DNA of 64,000 nt from Octopus sinensis (GCF_006345805.1 NC_043020.1:26970001-27034000); one strand, 5' to 3'; positions 36,571-50,505 are shown, counted from the first letter of the stretch. Program-made: numbers and translations. The notes: generated by a model from the sequence alone, not told the origin.

Positions 36571-36818
36571 GGGTTTAATATTACGACAAATAGTGGGGGT
36601 TCATCCGACATTGAAAAAAAAAAAAATAGACGATGTGCCCAGAACATCAATGGTGATACAGGTTTCACGAGTCACGGTTCCGAATCTCCAGAGTCTTTAA
36701 GATTACTGAATATGAGTTTAAGATTTTAATACATAGAAAAAGAGATGGTCCTACTTTTGGCCCAATGCTTATATATATATATATATATAAATATATAAAA
36801 TTCATGTATTGTCTCCAT

Positions 36819-36960
36819 TAGACATTGGGTTGCAGCCATGCTAGGGTAATGTCCTGAAGAGTTCAATGGAAGAAATCCACTCCAGCATTTTCAACTTCAA
36901 ACGTGCTACATGTTCTGTCGGTTTCTCTTTGCCGAAAGGCTAAGCTAGGGAGACGTAAAA
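36819..36960 (-). mobile_element. SINE family A, 3' half (decayed)
   Basis: ttgcagccatgctagggtaatgtcctgaagag...tgttctgtcggtttctctttgccgaaaggctaag. Confidence 0.7.
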
Positions 36961-37259
36961 AATAGTAAATAAACAAAATTTAATGCGGTGTTCTCTTAAC
37001 GAAACGCCCGTGGTGAATGAAGACATGTTCACCGTGCAGACGTGGTCAAATAGAGCAACACACACCAATGGATGTCCCTTTATTGAGAACATTGGTTAGA
37101 CTCTTCTTACCTTAACGATGTAAATCAATCTCAAACCAATTGATGATTTCTTGTAATCAAACCTCGCCTTTTCTTTGAGGATCACTAACAACTTAGCGCA
37201 AATAATTTTGGTTTCCTTTCTCATTCTTGGAAGAGAAGTTCAGTAAAATATATATTGCA

Positions 37260-37575
37260 CTAGCACTATGACCCGGCATAGTGTTAGTGCATGCATATAC
37301 AGCTGCGTGCGTGCACACATACAGCTAGCTGGCATTCAATTGGCGTGTCAAGTTTCGGGCATTTTGATTGGGTTTTCGATAGAAAATTCACCAAAAAGTC
37401 ACTTCTATTGATTTTTTAATGGCTTTGCGGGGTGACTGGGGAAATGTAAAGATGTGCACGACCACCCTTGGGCGGTTTTGAACGACCATAGAAAGTGCGA
37501 GCCCTCTAATTGAAGAATTGTGGATTTGTATAAAGGACACGCACACAGACATTTTGCCGTTTATATATATAGAGA
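37260..37575 (-). mobile_element. 316-bp non-autonomous Helitron-type element
   Basis: Minus strand begins A|TCtctatatataaacgg at 37575 and ends gtgCTAG|T at 37260: canonical TC...CTAG termini in an AT target, with a subterminal hairpin at 37256-37291. Confidence 0.75.
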
Positions 37576-38202
37576 TACGGTTTATTGAAACTGGTTTATG
37601 TACGTGTGTGTGTATGTCCATGCGTGGTCTTCTGTTATTTTTCGGCAGGGTGTGTTGGTGTTTAATGAGTTAGATATTTACAGGCTTGTGTCTATAAGCC
37701 CGGGGGACCAGTTGCATCGTGTGATACTCGTTTGCGAGTGACGGCTAAGCTTTTAAAAAGTCACCTTGCGGCCAGACCGTACGACGACATTTCTAACAAA
37801 CCCCACCCCGACCCTACGTTTGGCATATTTTAAAGTTGATGACGTAAAGGGGGACAGAGAGAAGTGACCAATAAATGTCTCATACTTTTTAATACAGATC
37901 TTCTCACCAGCAAATCTTCCATTGTTTTTAATATACATCGTATTTCAAATGACTCTTTATTCTTTTTAATATAAATCGTTTCCCGAACAAGTGTTTCGTC
38001 GCTTTAATACATATCGTTTTTTGTCATTTTAATAACAAATCCGATATAGATATCTTTCTCTCTCTTTCTTTTTTTTAAATCTACATAGTCTAAGATGTCG
38101 TTTTCATTAATCATCGAGAGACGGTAGAAAAATTGTCTGTCTGTCTATCTATCTATCTATTTATCTATTCTATTTTATTCTATCTATGTCTGTCTGTCTG
38201 TC

Positions 38203-38306
<104 letters not shown>

Positions 38307-39508
38307 TGTAACATACAGGACACACGTGTGTGTGTATATATGTAAGTATATATATATATAGTAAATTGTTTCTATTAAGTATAAATCAATGAGAAAAATG
38401 GAAAGATTTTAGTTTTTTAGGTTTCACTTTTTAAATATAAAAATCTCATATCTTGTTTATCTGCGTGTGTATATATGTGTGCGTGCGCATATGTAATCAT
38501 CTATAGTTTGATAACGTTTTACAAATAGTAGGACGAAATATATAAGGAACTCAAAATTATTGTTTTGTGTATGGAGTATTTAAAGTTTCATGCTTTGATG
38601 ATATTGCCTTAATCTGTACATTTTAACGCAGTGTAATGTTTACTAATGAATTCGTTTGGGAAGGCAGAATATTAATTATCGCGTTTCCAATTTCGTGTTA
38701 TTGGTTAGTGGTGAGAATGAGTTATGTCCCTTCGTCTGTGCATTAAGAACAATTACTATAAAAGATAATGATAAAAAAAAGAAAAAATCGATGGAAAATG
38801 TAACGTATAATGTGTGACCCAGGAGGAGGAATTGAAGAATGGAGAAAAATAGATGCAAAACAAATAATTGCTCTTAACAATGTAAGCATCTTCCTTTTTA
38901 GAGTCATGCACGTATTTATATACACATAGAAGTCAATGGGAAATGATATTGAAGGGGCGGTATGACCCAGTTATTTAAGTGCTTCTCGAAGTGTCAACAC
39001 CATCGGGAAATTTCGAGTCTCAGGTTTAGATAAAAATCAGTGTTGCATGGGGTTTTCGGGATAAGGGGTTTTTTTCTGAAGTACATTCATCACATCTTTT
39101 ACTTTCGATCTGGTAAGGTTTTATCTTCCATTTCATAATTTAATTGGAAACATCGTCAAATTTAGACAAACAAGTTTCTAAGTTTCTGAAAGATTATCTA
39201 TGATTGTAATATCTGTAATTGAAATACCATCGGTTATACCTATGTACTACGCTAAAGTTTGTTTTGGTGAATGTAACTTAAACTTCGTATGTTCATGACT
39301 TCTATATGATATAAAAACTAATTAGTGGCTATATGTTGATGCTTCTACCTGAATAGGTAATTTCATTTTTAATGCGTTAAGAACAATCCGATTTAAGGAC
39401 ATTATAACTTCTCGCGCTTTCCGAAATAGTCTATGCCTTATTTCTTTTTAGCTAATATATTATCTGATAACTCCAAAATCTCCCTGGTTTTAATAAACGT
39501 TCTCCAAC

Positions 39509-39561
<53 letters not shown>

Positions 39562-40501
39562 CAAATTTAATTTGAGGGAATAGCTTCAATTTAAACGATC
39601 GAAATAAACTTGCATGGCTGTATGTATGTATGGTTGTTAAATACTCAGGCCTGAGCACGTGCGCATATTTCTACCTAGATTATGTGAATGTTTATAACAC
39701 TTGTATGATTTTGTTTTAATTGCACACATCTTGCTTAAAGTATATTTGTTAACAATCACTTGTATATTTTGCTCATTCGTAATACGTATATATACGTAAA
39801 CGTCTCCGTGCGGGTAAACACGTGTACTGCATATAACATGCATGCATGTAAATAAAATTCACGTATATTATTTGTTAATCGTTATTTACGTTACAATATC
39901 CATTTCAAACTCTGAGCTGCACCGTCACTTTCAGCCAATATGTACACTCAGGTAGATCCAACATCCCCTGTACTTTTTTAATTACTCTTCGATCGTATAT
40001 AATCCTTTCCCTAGTTTTTTTGTTACCAGCTCAATCCCCTTCAAATAATTCATATTTCCTATCAATTTTTCTTCTGTATTTCGTTGTTAATCCAATCATA
40101 AATCAGCTTAAAATATGATGGATCATCTCATATGTATATGCTGCTACCTATGTGTGTATCTGTGTGTGTATACATATATGTAAACATGTATATGTATGTG
40201 CCCATAGGTATATATGTGTGTGTGTGTGTGTGTGTATATATATGTATATATATATATATATATGTATGCCCATAATTACATGCGTATATTTATGCACGGA
40301 CGTATGTGTGTGCAAAGATGAAAATATGTAATAGATATAGTGTGTGTGTATGTATATACATGTATATACAAATAAGTCTATAGAAATATATATACACGTG
40401 TATTTTAATGCACAATTAGTAGTATTGTTTTGCAGGTTTAGTTTAATTAGCCCCCAAAGACCATGACTGTATGTACAACCTTTTATATATATATATATAA
40501 T

Positions 40502-40548
<47 letters not shown>

Positions 40549-40907
40549 TATATATATTACATACGCTTATGTAAACGTGTCGCCATTTGTGCATAAACCA
40601 GATATGCACCTCCTTGGTACTTGTCTGTTTATTCATATAAATATCTATCTATCTATCTATCTACCCATCCATCTATCTATCCATGTACGTATGTATATAT
40701 GTCGCCTCAAAAGACAGTATACTTTCGTCATCATGAGATTACTCACTCCTCGCCTTATCTCTCAAATATGTACGGATATTTGAAAATTCGGTATTTTCTT
40801 TGAATTATTAATATTCATCCTCCTATTAAAATCAGCATGTCTCTCTGTCTGTCTATTTCTGTACACGCTTCTTAGCTGTGTGTGTATGTATGTCTCTCTC
40901 TCTCTCC

Positions 40908-40947
<40 letters not shown>

Positions 40948-41744
40948 TCACACATACGAGGAGAAAGAAATAACTTATATAAGAATGGAAATTTGAAACA
41001 AATATTATAACAGTACACAATAACAATTTTCTCCGCTTCCTACTTTCATTGTTGGTCACGTGATGTGTCGTCTGCTACTCCTTCATTTGGTCACGTCGTA
41101 TATTGTTTCATTTTATTGCCACATTTTTCTCATTCTATCTCTGCTAAATTCAAACACACACACACAGATACACACATACACGCGCGCATCTGCCGCTTCT
41201 TCCCAGCCACTATCAACACCACCATGGGTCAAAGACTGGGATTAAAAAAAAAAATTATAACTGGACTATTATGACAGACTCTCCTTCGTCTCCCTCCGCG
41301 ATAAATGCCCGAGGTTGTTGAATTTAGATATGGAAGAGAACCGAAACCAGCTAACGTTCTTACTACGTGTGAATGCTGTGTTACCCGACGGCAGGCCCAG
41401 CTCAGAAAAAAAAAATTTTCCTGTCAAAAAAGTGTGGTGTGTGCAAAGCCTGGATTTTATAACCTTTGTTCTCTGCCCAAGGGACCATTTGAATAACTCT
41501 TCGTCCTGATACTTAAAAGCCGTGGTTTTTTGCGAATATAGACTCGTAGTATAGTAGCAGCGTCTGTAGTGAACACTTTAAAAAAAAATTACACTTGGAG
41601 CTTCTCGGTATTTGTCAATTATTTGTTTAGGGTTCAATCGGCGTCGAATAAAATCGCGAAGGCTCTTTTCCCTGGTCCAGGTCTTTGGGAGATCTATCGA
41701 TCAGATGTAAAATATTTCCCTATCGACAGCATCACAGTTGTTGT

Positions 41745-41985
41745 TGTTCTTTCTTTTTTATTGTTCTTCTTTTCCTTCTTGTTCTTTTTCTTTTTCTTTT
41801 CCTTTTTTCCTTTTTCTTCATGTTCTTTTTCTTTCACTTTCCTTTTCCTCTTCTTTTCTTTTTTCTTGTTCTTGTTTTTCTTGTTCTTTTCCTTCTTGTT
41901 CTCCTTTTTATCCATTTCTTTCTTCTTTTCCTTCTTCTCCTTATTTTTCTTTTTCTTTTTCTTCCCCCCCTCCTCCTTCTTTTTC
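41745..41985 (+). repeat. About 240-nt T/C-rich low-complexity tract
   Basis: Almost exclusively T and C with a few G; explains the poly-Phe/poly-Lys ORFs. Confidence 0.95.
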
Positions 41986-43244
41986 AATATGGACCACCAT
42001 CGTTTAACGTCCGTTACAGATCGCACCATATGCTCTTCTCCGTGACACTAACGGACTCCTTCCATTTTCCTATTCCTGTCTTAATGATTCCGTTTTACTG
42101 TTCCTAGACCAGTGATGGCTCACCTCATTCGACCAGCGTCTTGAGATGCCAATAGAGTGTCACTTACGCTTATAGCACATACTTTTATTATACAATATGA
42201 CAGGTCACCTAAAACGGCCCTCATCTAATTACTGTCTCTCATATTTATAAGTTCGCCATTACTTTGCTTTGCAGATGCTTGGCGATGAGCATCTTGTTTG
42301 TTTCCAAGACGTAAGTGCATCTAGGAGTATAGTACTCTTATGTGCCTTCCCTGCTGTTGTTTTTAGGTCTTGATCTACCTTGAACGAAATGGGCGCATGG
42401 GTCTAACTTTATTCAAATATTGCATCGAGGGCAACATTATCCTGTGTCCTCTTTCTTTGGTGCTATGGATAGATATAGCTCAGAACGATGATGGGCGTTC
42501 CAGCTCTGACCATCCCATCTTTTCGTGAGACATATGCTGAGACATTATCTAATACATATAACATAGTCGTTATAGTATTAGGGCACACGATTCAGCATGC
42601 TCGAATGGGTTAAGAAGTTTGCTTCGCAAATCCAGAGGTCTCTGGTTAGTTCCCGCTGTTCGATATCTTGGGTAAATTAGCGCTGATCAACCCAGCCCTC
42701 GTGATAGAAACTGGGTCAACGGACCCTGTTTCGGATCCACTCCCGGGGGTCTGTACTTCTAACTCGAAGGCGCAGCTTTATCACGTCATCATGCCGATGG
42801 TTCTGCAGAACTACTTGGAATATTTAGCCACGTGTATATCGAGCCAGTAGCTCAGTCGGACAAGTACTTGCCCAGGCCTCGTCGAGGCCGACGAAGGACC
42901 ATTTTTTACATATTTAAATTTTAACGCTTATAGTTGATGTTGTTTGTTTGCTTAACCCGAAGTTCAATCCTCGTCCTGATCAGAGCAGACCTATTATCAA
43001 TCACGGACGTTCCAACTCTGACCATCCCACCGTTCATTCAGACAATGTCCTAGTGTATCTAGGATTACAACATCTGACGTACACTTACTTCCTCGTAATG
43101 CTTAGTCCTAGTTCAGTCCTTATGAAAGTGACCTGTGTTCTAATACGTTCCAGCCGTGACCAACCTGTATATTCGTATACCCAGGACTAGATGTGTCCAT
43201 CATATTTTATCAAAGTATGGTGCGACTTCAAAGAATTTGGTTGA

Positions 43245-43930
43245 TGGCAGTGGTTGTGGTTCTAGTCTCGGTGGTAGTGTTGTGGTCAACGGCAGTAGTT
43301 GGTGTTGGCAGCAGTGGTTATAGCGATGCTGGTGGTGGTGATGGTGGTGGTAGTGGTGGCATTGGTAACCTTCGTGATGTAGTGTTGGTGGTTCCGTTGC
43401 TAGTATTGGCTGTAGCAATGTAGATAGTGATATTAGTGGTTATTGTAGCTCTGGTTACAGTAGTGGTAGTAGTGCTTTTGGTGGTGGTTGTAGTAGTTGT
43501 GATGTTATGACTATAGTGGCGGTGATAGTAGTACTGGTGTTGACACTGTGGTGGTAGCAGTTATAGTAGTGGCGGTGGTAGGAGTATGGGCAGTGCTGCT
43601 GGTGGTTATTGGAGATTTAGTGGTAGGGGTGGTAGTGTTAGCCGTGGTCCCGGTTATTGTAGACAGCAGTGGGGGGAGGGGTAAATAGTATCGCTAATAG
43701 TGGTGGAGGTGGCATTGGTAGTAGTGTGAGTGGTAGTGCTGTTGTCAGTGTCGTAGTGTAGATTCTGACGACGACTGTGACGGACGGAAACCGTGGTGTT
43801 GGCCATGGACAGAAGCGCCATTATTTTGATGATGGTGATAATAGTAAAGATAAGTAATATTGATAATAATAATAATAATACCAATAATAATAATCGTGGT
43901 GGTGATGATAATGAGTGATGGTGGGAGAGT
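43245..43930. repeat. Degenerate (GGT/AGT/GAT/AAT)n trinucleotide low-complexity region
   Basis: Directly visible; no long open frame. Confidence 0.9.
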
Positions 43931-44654
43931 ATTTAATGGAATAATTAGTATTGAGGGGGGAGGGTGAGTGATGTGTTAAGGAATACAAATTGTGAATTGA
44001 GAGAAAATGGTAAAATTCTTAAAACTCAGTCGACAAGAATATTCCGTTATTCCTTGTCGCATTTTCTCTGTCTATCGAATTGGTGATTGACAGATAGATA
44101 TATGGAAAGACAAACTGACAGATAGGTAGGTAGGTAGATAGATAGGTAGACAAATGGATAGATAGATAGATAGAGAGAGAAAGAGAGAGAGAGAGAGAAA
44201 GAGAGAGAGGAGTCCTTGCGCAAGACATGTGCGTGTATGTATATATATATATATATATATTTATTTATATAATGGGCAGGTAGATGTGTGCGTAGTGATA
44301 TATTCAGGTAGATAGATACATATACCGTAAAACATACATACACACCTGTATTTATTTATGTGTGTGTGTGTATATATATATATATATACACACACATACA
44401 TGCATACGCGTGTGCAGATAGTTTTATTACACACAGATTTAACTTTACACACATACACACACATCAGATATATAAGCAAAAATGTGTATGTATGTGTATA
44501 CATGTATGTATGCATATCAACAGATAGCTGGATGTGTATGTGTGTGTATGTATATACATCCTTATATAATTACAACCGTGCATTCACCGTTTTCCCTCTC
44601 TTTCTCTTGCTAATCTATGAATATTATATAATATGCATTTATGTAGCATGTATT

Positions 44655-44691
<37 letters not shown>

Positions 44692-45014
44692 TTGTGTGTA
44701 TAATTATACTGCATTTATATTGTGTGTGTGTGCAGTGAACGGGAGAGGGGTAAGTTGAGGATGTGATATCGGACCTTTCTTGATTCGAGACAGAGAGAGG
44801 GGGAGGGCAGCAGACGCGCTGCATCCACCGCCACCCTCTCTTCCAATAACACTCTATCTCCCACCATCCCTCCTTCCCTCTCTCTCTCTCCAGCCGACCG
44901 ACCAACCAACCAGGCAGCCAGTCAGTCGAGCAATTCATCCGTCTAACCATCCATGCATCCATCTATACGCAACATCGTTCTACACTAGACGTGAGTGCAG
45001 AAGGTGGCAGCCAT

Positions 45015-45025
45015 TGCGCATGCGC
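45015..45025. promoter_or_regulatory. NRF1-like palindromic motif
   Basis: TGCGCATGCGC preceded by cagccat, in a GC-richer unique segment. Confidence 0.3.
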
Positions 45026-45410
45026 TTCGTTTTCCTCCAACCTTCTTAACCGTGCTCTCTCTCTCTCTCTCACTTTCTCTTTCTCTCTCTCTCTCTCTCA
45101 CTTTCTCTTTCTCTCTCTCTCCCTATTTTTATATATCTCCCTCCTTCTCTGTAACTCTTAGTCTTTCCTCCTCCCCTTCTTATCATCTCTCTGTCTGTCT
45201 GCCTGTCCGTCTGTCACTTCGGTTTATTTTCATTCGCCTAACTTTCCCTCGTATTCTTTCTTCAAAATGGTGATGCTACAGCGAAAGAATAACAAAAACG
45301 GAAAACCGTATGTATTTATTATATATCTGAACTCCTTTTTCCTCTCATTTCTTTCATCTTAAAAGCTCATCAAATCTTATCTCTTCTCCAAACATAATTC
45401 ATATCAGCCT

Positions 45411-45488
45411 AGCTGTCGGTCTATCTGAATAACCATCGGTCTATCTGAATAGCTGTCTGTCTATCTGAATAACTGTCTGTCTATCTAA
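45411..45488 (+). repeat. 20-bp minisatellite, about 4 copies
   Basis: agctgtcggtctatctgaat / aaccatcggtctatctgaat / agctgtctgtctatctgaat / aactgtctgtctatctaa. Confidence 0.9.
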
Positions 45489-46613
45489 CTCTCTCTTTCT
45501 CTCTCTATATTCTCTCTTTCATTCTTCTTCCCGAGATTTCGCTATCGATTTGAATGTCTCATCTTATCTTTTATCCCATTCTAAACACTCATGTACGCAT
45601 AAACATATAAACGTATGTTTCAGTAGAACATTTTCACATATCCATATACGTATCTACACGCACATTCACACATACGTACACATATCCAGGTAATCTTAAC
45701 GGATTTCTACATAAGGAATGATCTCACGGTACGGTACGGAACGGAAAGGGTCCATATAAAACCGACTTGCTGCAGTTCACCCACCAATAAGATCACCAGT
45801 TTAACATAGATGACTACTAATGTTAATTAATTAAAAATGGTTTAATTAATCTCTTTTGCTATACTTTACAAAAATAAAAACAACGTACCTTGGAATTTTC
45901 GTGAGGCATTCGAAGACTCCTACACGTGTTACGTAAATGGTTCTTTGTGAACCAACGAAGGCTCCTGTGATTAGTGAGACTAATTAATAATATTGGGATT
46001 AAAGTAACATTTTCATGTTATATAAGCGTCGAAGCACCGTTTACCGAGAGTCCAAGCGTGGCGATTCCACACTGTCCACTCGGGGTTTGGTACCTGGAGG
46101 TCGATGTTTATATACGTCTCCGACAAACTGTCTGTCTGTCTGTATATACACACACAGACCATATATGTATGTGTGTGTATGTCTGTATATATGTATGCAT
46201 GTATGTATATAATATTTGCATATGTATATAGGTAAATATCTGTATATGCATAAATCTGTTTACACGCTTGCCTACATATAGTGACCTGTACATAATACAT
46301 ATGTATGTATACAAAGTGCACGTGTGCGCATTTCCATACAAAAAATCTTCGTAAAATAGACTCAACACACGTCTTTTATACCTCTGTCTGTCTGTCTGTC
46401 TGTCTGTTCTCACACAGGCATGTTGTGTGTGTATATATATATGTATATATAGGTACGCACCAATACGTATATGTGTTTGTTTATTGTGAGTTTTTATGTA
46501 TGACTGAAAACTCATACGCATATACACACACAAACACACGCACGTCATACGTACGTACACTTTTGCTCACATGGTCACACTTATATTCACACCTGCATTA
46601 CATTTAAAATTAC

Positions 46614-46644
<31 letters not shown>

Positions 46645-46836
46645 TGTACGGAGGCAGAAGGCGTGCCTGGGTACAAAATGGATGCATTATGGTTCCCAAA
46701 CACCGAATCCGAGTATGTATATAACGGGCCAACAAGCATAGATTTATACACGGGTGCGACGGTGAGATTAAGAATATGGACACGAAGACATCTACTTAAG
46801 CACACATGTGTGTGCATTCCTACACGCTCCTACATG

Positions 46837-46909
<73 letters not shown>

Positions 46910-47892
46910 GTAAGTATATATGCACATATATATACCCGTGCATACATAGAAGTATATGTGTGTATATATATATATATAATATATACTTGTAGTTACGAAC
47001 ATATACGCGTAAAATACAATTAGGAACATACGTATGTAATATACATTCATACATACTCGTATATACGCACCCGTCTACATTCCCGGTCACACATGTGCAT
47101 ATGTAGACGAATATATACATACATGTATGCATGCCTATATGCACGCTCATATACTCACGCATTCAAGTATATATGCACATACACACACACACACACACCA
47201 CACACACACATTCATACATACATATATATATATTCTTACAATCATGCATGTGCATATCTAATATATATACTCACAATTATGAACATGCGTAGGTAATATA
47301 CATACATACATACATACGTTCACACGTACCCTTATATATTCAAACATACATATACTCATACATACATGCATAAATGCAGAATCACATACACACATGCGTA
47401 CACACACACACACACACACACACGCGTACACACACACATTCACGTACGTATCTCTCGGAGATATATACATACATACATAATATATATATATTCGTTCAGA
47501 GACCAGAACGCTATGTTGTCACGCCATTTACAGATGGCTCTCACACAGTTGGATTGTCTAAAGCATGTGTGCATAACATGGAGTGACACCCACACACACC
47601 CACACCCTCTCGTTTCTTCGTCGTATCCCCTCTTTCATTTGCCCCCTCTGTTCCCTCTTTTATTTTTGTCTCTCTCACTTCTTCACCTTCTGTTTCTCTT
47701 GTTCTCCCCTCCTCCTCACCCTTTTTCTCTTTCTTTTTCAGTTTTCTTCATCCCCCCCCTGTCTCTCGTTTTTCGTCTTTCCAATTCTTTTCCCGTTTCT
47801 TATAGTATCTTTCTCTCTCTCTCTCACCCTGTCTCTCTCTATGTATTCGGATTTGTTTGTCCTCCTCCTTCTTCTACTTCTTCCCCTTCTTC

Positions 47893-47924
<32 letters not shown>

Positions 47925-47925
<1 letters not shown>

Positions 47926-48500
47926 CTTCTCGTCTTCTCTCCTCTGCTTCATTACCTGTTCCATCTCCTCTTCCTCACTCACACTCTCCTTCTCTCTCTC
48001 TCTCTCTTGAATAACCTCTCCTTTCGCGCTTCAAATTTTCTTCCACACGTCCCACCCTTTCCCCACCCCACTGTAGTCCGACATTCTATCCCCCCTCTCC
48101 TCCCCCGCACCGCCTCTCTCTCTTTCTGTCATCTCATCCTTCGCTTCTTTCTCAATCAATCTCTCTCTCGTCTTATGCTCCTTGACATGCTCTCTCTCTC
48201 TTCTCTCTCTCTCTCTCTCTCTCTCTCCTTCTCGTCTTCTCTCCTCTGCTTCATTACCTGTTCCATCTCCTCTTCCTCACTCACACTCTCCTTCTCTCTC
48301 TCTCTCTCTTGAATAACCTCTCCTTTCGCGCTTCAAATTTTCTTCCACACGTCCCACCCTTTCCCCACCCCACTGTAGTCCGACATTCTATCCCCCCTCT
48401 CCTCCCCCGCACCGCCTCTCTCTCTTTCTGTCATCTCATCCTTCGCTTCTTTCTCAATCAATCTCTCTCTCGTCTTATGCTCCTTGACATGCTCTCTCTC
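47925..48500 (+). repeat. Tandem duplication with 302-bp period inside a CT-rich region (47.6-48.7 kb)
   Basis: ccttctcgtcttc at 47925/48227, gaataacc at 48009/48311 and cttgacatgc at 48181/48483. Copies appear identical and are bounded by (CT)n. Confidence 0.97.
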
Positions 48501-48806
48501 TCTCTCTCTCTCTCTCTCTTTATCAATCTTACCCTCTCTCTCTCTGGTCCTTTTCTGTATTACTTCCTTCTCTCCTTTTCCCCTCACCTCTCTAATCCTT
48601 CCTCTGTTTGTCAATGTCTTTCCCTCTCGTCTCTATGCCTGTCTTACTGTCTTAATCTCTCTCCTTCCTACTCTCTCATTTCTTCACCCTGGCCATAAAC
48701 CCTCTCTATTGTCTTTCTGTTGCGTATGTGTGAGAGTGAGAGAGAGAGAGAAAGAGAGGAGTATTCCCACCCCTCTCGATTACGATCTCCACCGTTCTGC
48801 ACACCG

Positions 48807-48838
<32 letters not shown>

Positions 48839-49306
48839 ATGCAATAACGATTTATATAACACGCACACACGCGAGTACGCTCGAACTCGAAATGAACGCG
48901 CTCGCGCGTGTGTATGTGTGTGTTCCTTATGCTTGTTTCTGAGAAGCTCGGTTGGGGTGGAATGGGTGGGTTTGTGGGTGCAAGGATCGTTTGACCATTC
49001 GTTTCATACCACGTCGTGGCCACTTCAACGGTGTTGGATTTCGGAAGAAAGGGATCAGATATAGTCTCCACACACACACACACACACACACGTCCTCAGT
49101 GTATGACTGTTTAGCTTATTCGAGTTCGGAATGACGATTAACGAAAGGATCCAGAAGGATTCGAACCTACGTCTTCCCATACGAAATCAGTGACGGAACG
49201 AATGCCTTTTTGAGAAGCATTTTTCTCTCTTTCTTTCTCTCTCTCTCTCTCTCTCTCCCTCCCTCTCTCTAGCGCGTACGCTTGTACATATGCGCGCATA
49301 CACCCC

Positions 49307-49343
<37 letters not shown>

Positions 49344-50267
49344 CACACACACACACACACACACATAGACACACTCTTCATACTCACTAATACACAATCT
49401 CTCTTTCACATTCACACACACACACACACACACTCTCTCTCTCTGTGACACACACGCACACACACGACGAAGAATTACGTGACTATTCATCTTTTTCTTC
49501 AAATCAAACATAGTGTTTCTAAGCATACATGAGTCACAGCCTGTCCTTACGTACTTATATAGAATGATGTACTTTAAATGAGATTTAGCTTTTCTTTCTA
49601 GCAGTTCCATTTAACGTTTATCGGTGCCTGTTTCTGAGAGGCATGGTGGTGGTGCACGATTGCTTGAACATTCGTTTGATGGATCCTCGGCATCGAAAAA
49701 AAAACAACAAAAAAACTAGGGATCAGATACCGTGCCCTATACGCGGCTGGTTCTCTATTTAGCGCAATTTTGGCATAGCTTACACTCCAAGTCTTGTACC
49801 TTATGGGGAAGGAAACACGGCACAACAATTGAAAGTGGGGTGTCGACAAAAATTGAAATATTTCGAAAAACTGAAATGTTTTTCAGAATCTTTAAATTCC
49901 TAGTGTGTGGAACAGTTTTTTTCTCTTGTTCTTTTAAGATTTTTTTCCTTTTTCTCATTTGGTATGGGACTTGGAAAGGCAACTGCTCGGGAACTCCGGA
50001 ATCTGTTGCACTTTTAATCACTCTGGTAATTTTCTGCGTTAATGACTCAGCAAGTATAAGGCGTTGAGCTGGCAAGATCGTTGGGACACCGTTCAAATTC
50101 CGCCGAGGTCGACTGTGTTTATCATCCCTTTCGGTGTACCAAAATTTGAAACAAATAATTAAGAATTGCAAGAACTTAAGGACCAAAGGGGCTATAATAT
50201 ATGTTAACCATTAATTTTATATGTGGTTTTTGTTAACTGGGCTATCGACAGGCGGTTGTCTAATTTG

Positions 50268-50298
<31 letters not shown>

Positions 50299-50309
50299 TA
50301 GTTTATAAA

Positions 50310-50455
50310 TGTAAGTTGGTGTCGATATTTGACGCTCAAGAAAAGAAAGAGGATTTCACGTTTCGAGCGAGGCTCTTCATCAGGAATATAGAAAACGTCT
50401 AAATAAGGGAAGACGGAGAAAGAAAAATCGCCAACGATACACACGTGGTCACATA
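50310..50455 (-). mobile_element. Penelope-like terminal fragment with a minimal type-I hammerhead-like core
   Basis: Minus strand attc-CTGATGA-a-GAGC-ctc-GCTC-GAAAC-GT-g-aaat (50387-50353). Confidence 0.6.
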
Positions 50456-50505
50456 TACAGAGAGAGAGAGAGAGAGAGAGAGAGTTTAAATATTCTTTAT
50501 AAATA

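Noticed and set aside
42106-42125. hAT-like left end cagtgatggctcacct
   Set aside because: No matching right TIR or TSD found.
43245-43930. Mucin-like Thr-rich or Gly-rich coding region
   Set aside because: Trinucleotide low-complexity sequence with frequent stops and frame changes.
49150-49215. tRNA gene on the minus strand (ggttcgaatcc B box)
   Set aside because: No A box, acceptor stem or coherent cloverleaf; at most a SINE-head remnant. All other tRNA-like boxes in the window belong to SINEs.
49598-50186. Overlapping 143-aa (-) and 111-aa (+) ORFs
   Set aside because: The 5' part of the minus ORF runs through a SINE-B fragment (about 50060-50140). The rest resembles non-autonomous Helitron-like internal sequence. 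No recognisable domain; BLASTP or RNA-seq would be needed to revive it.
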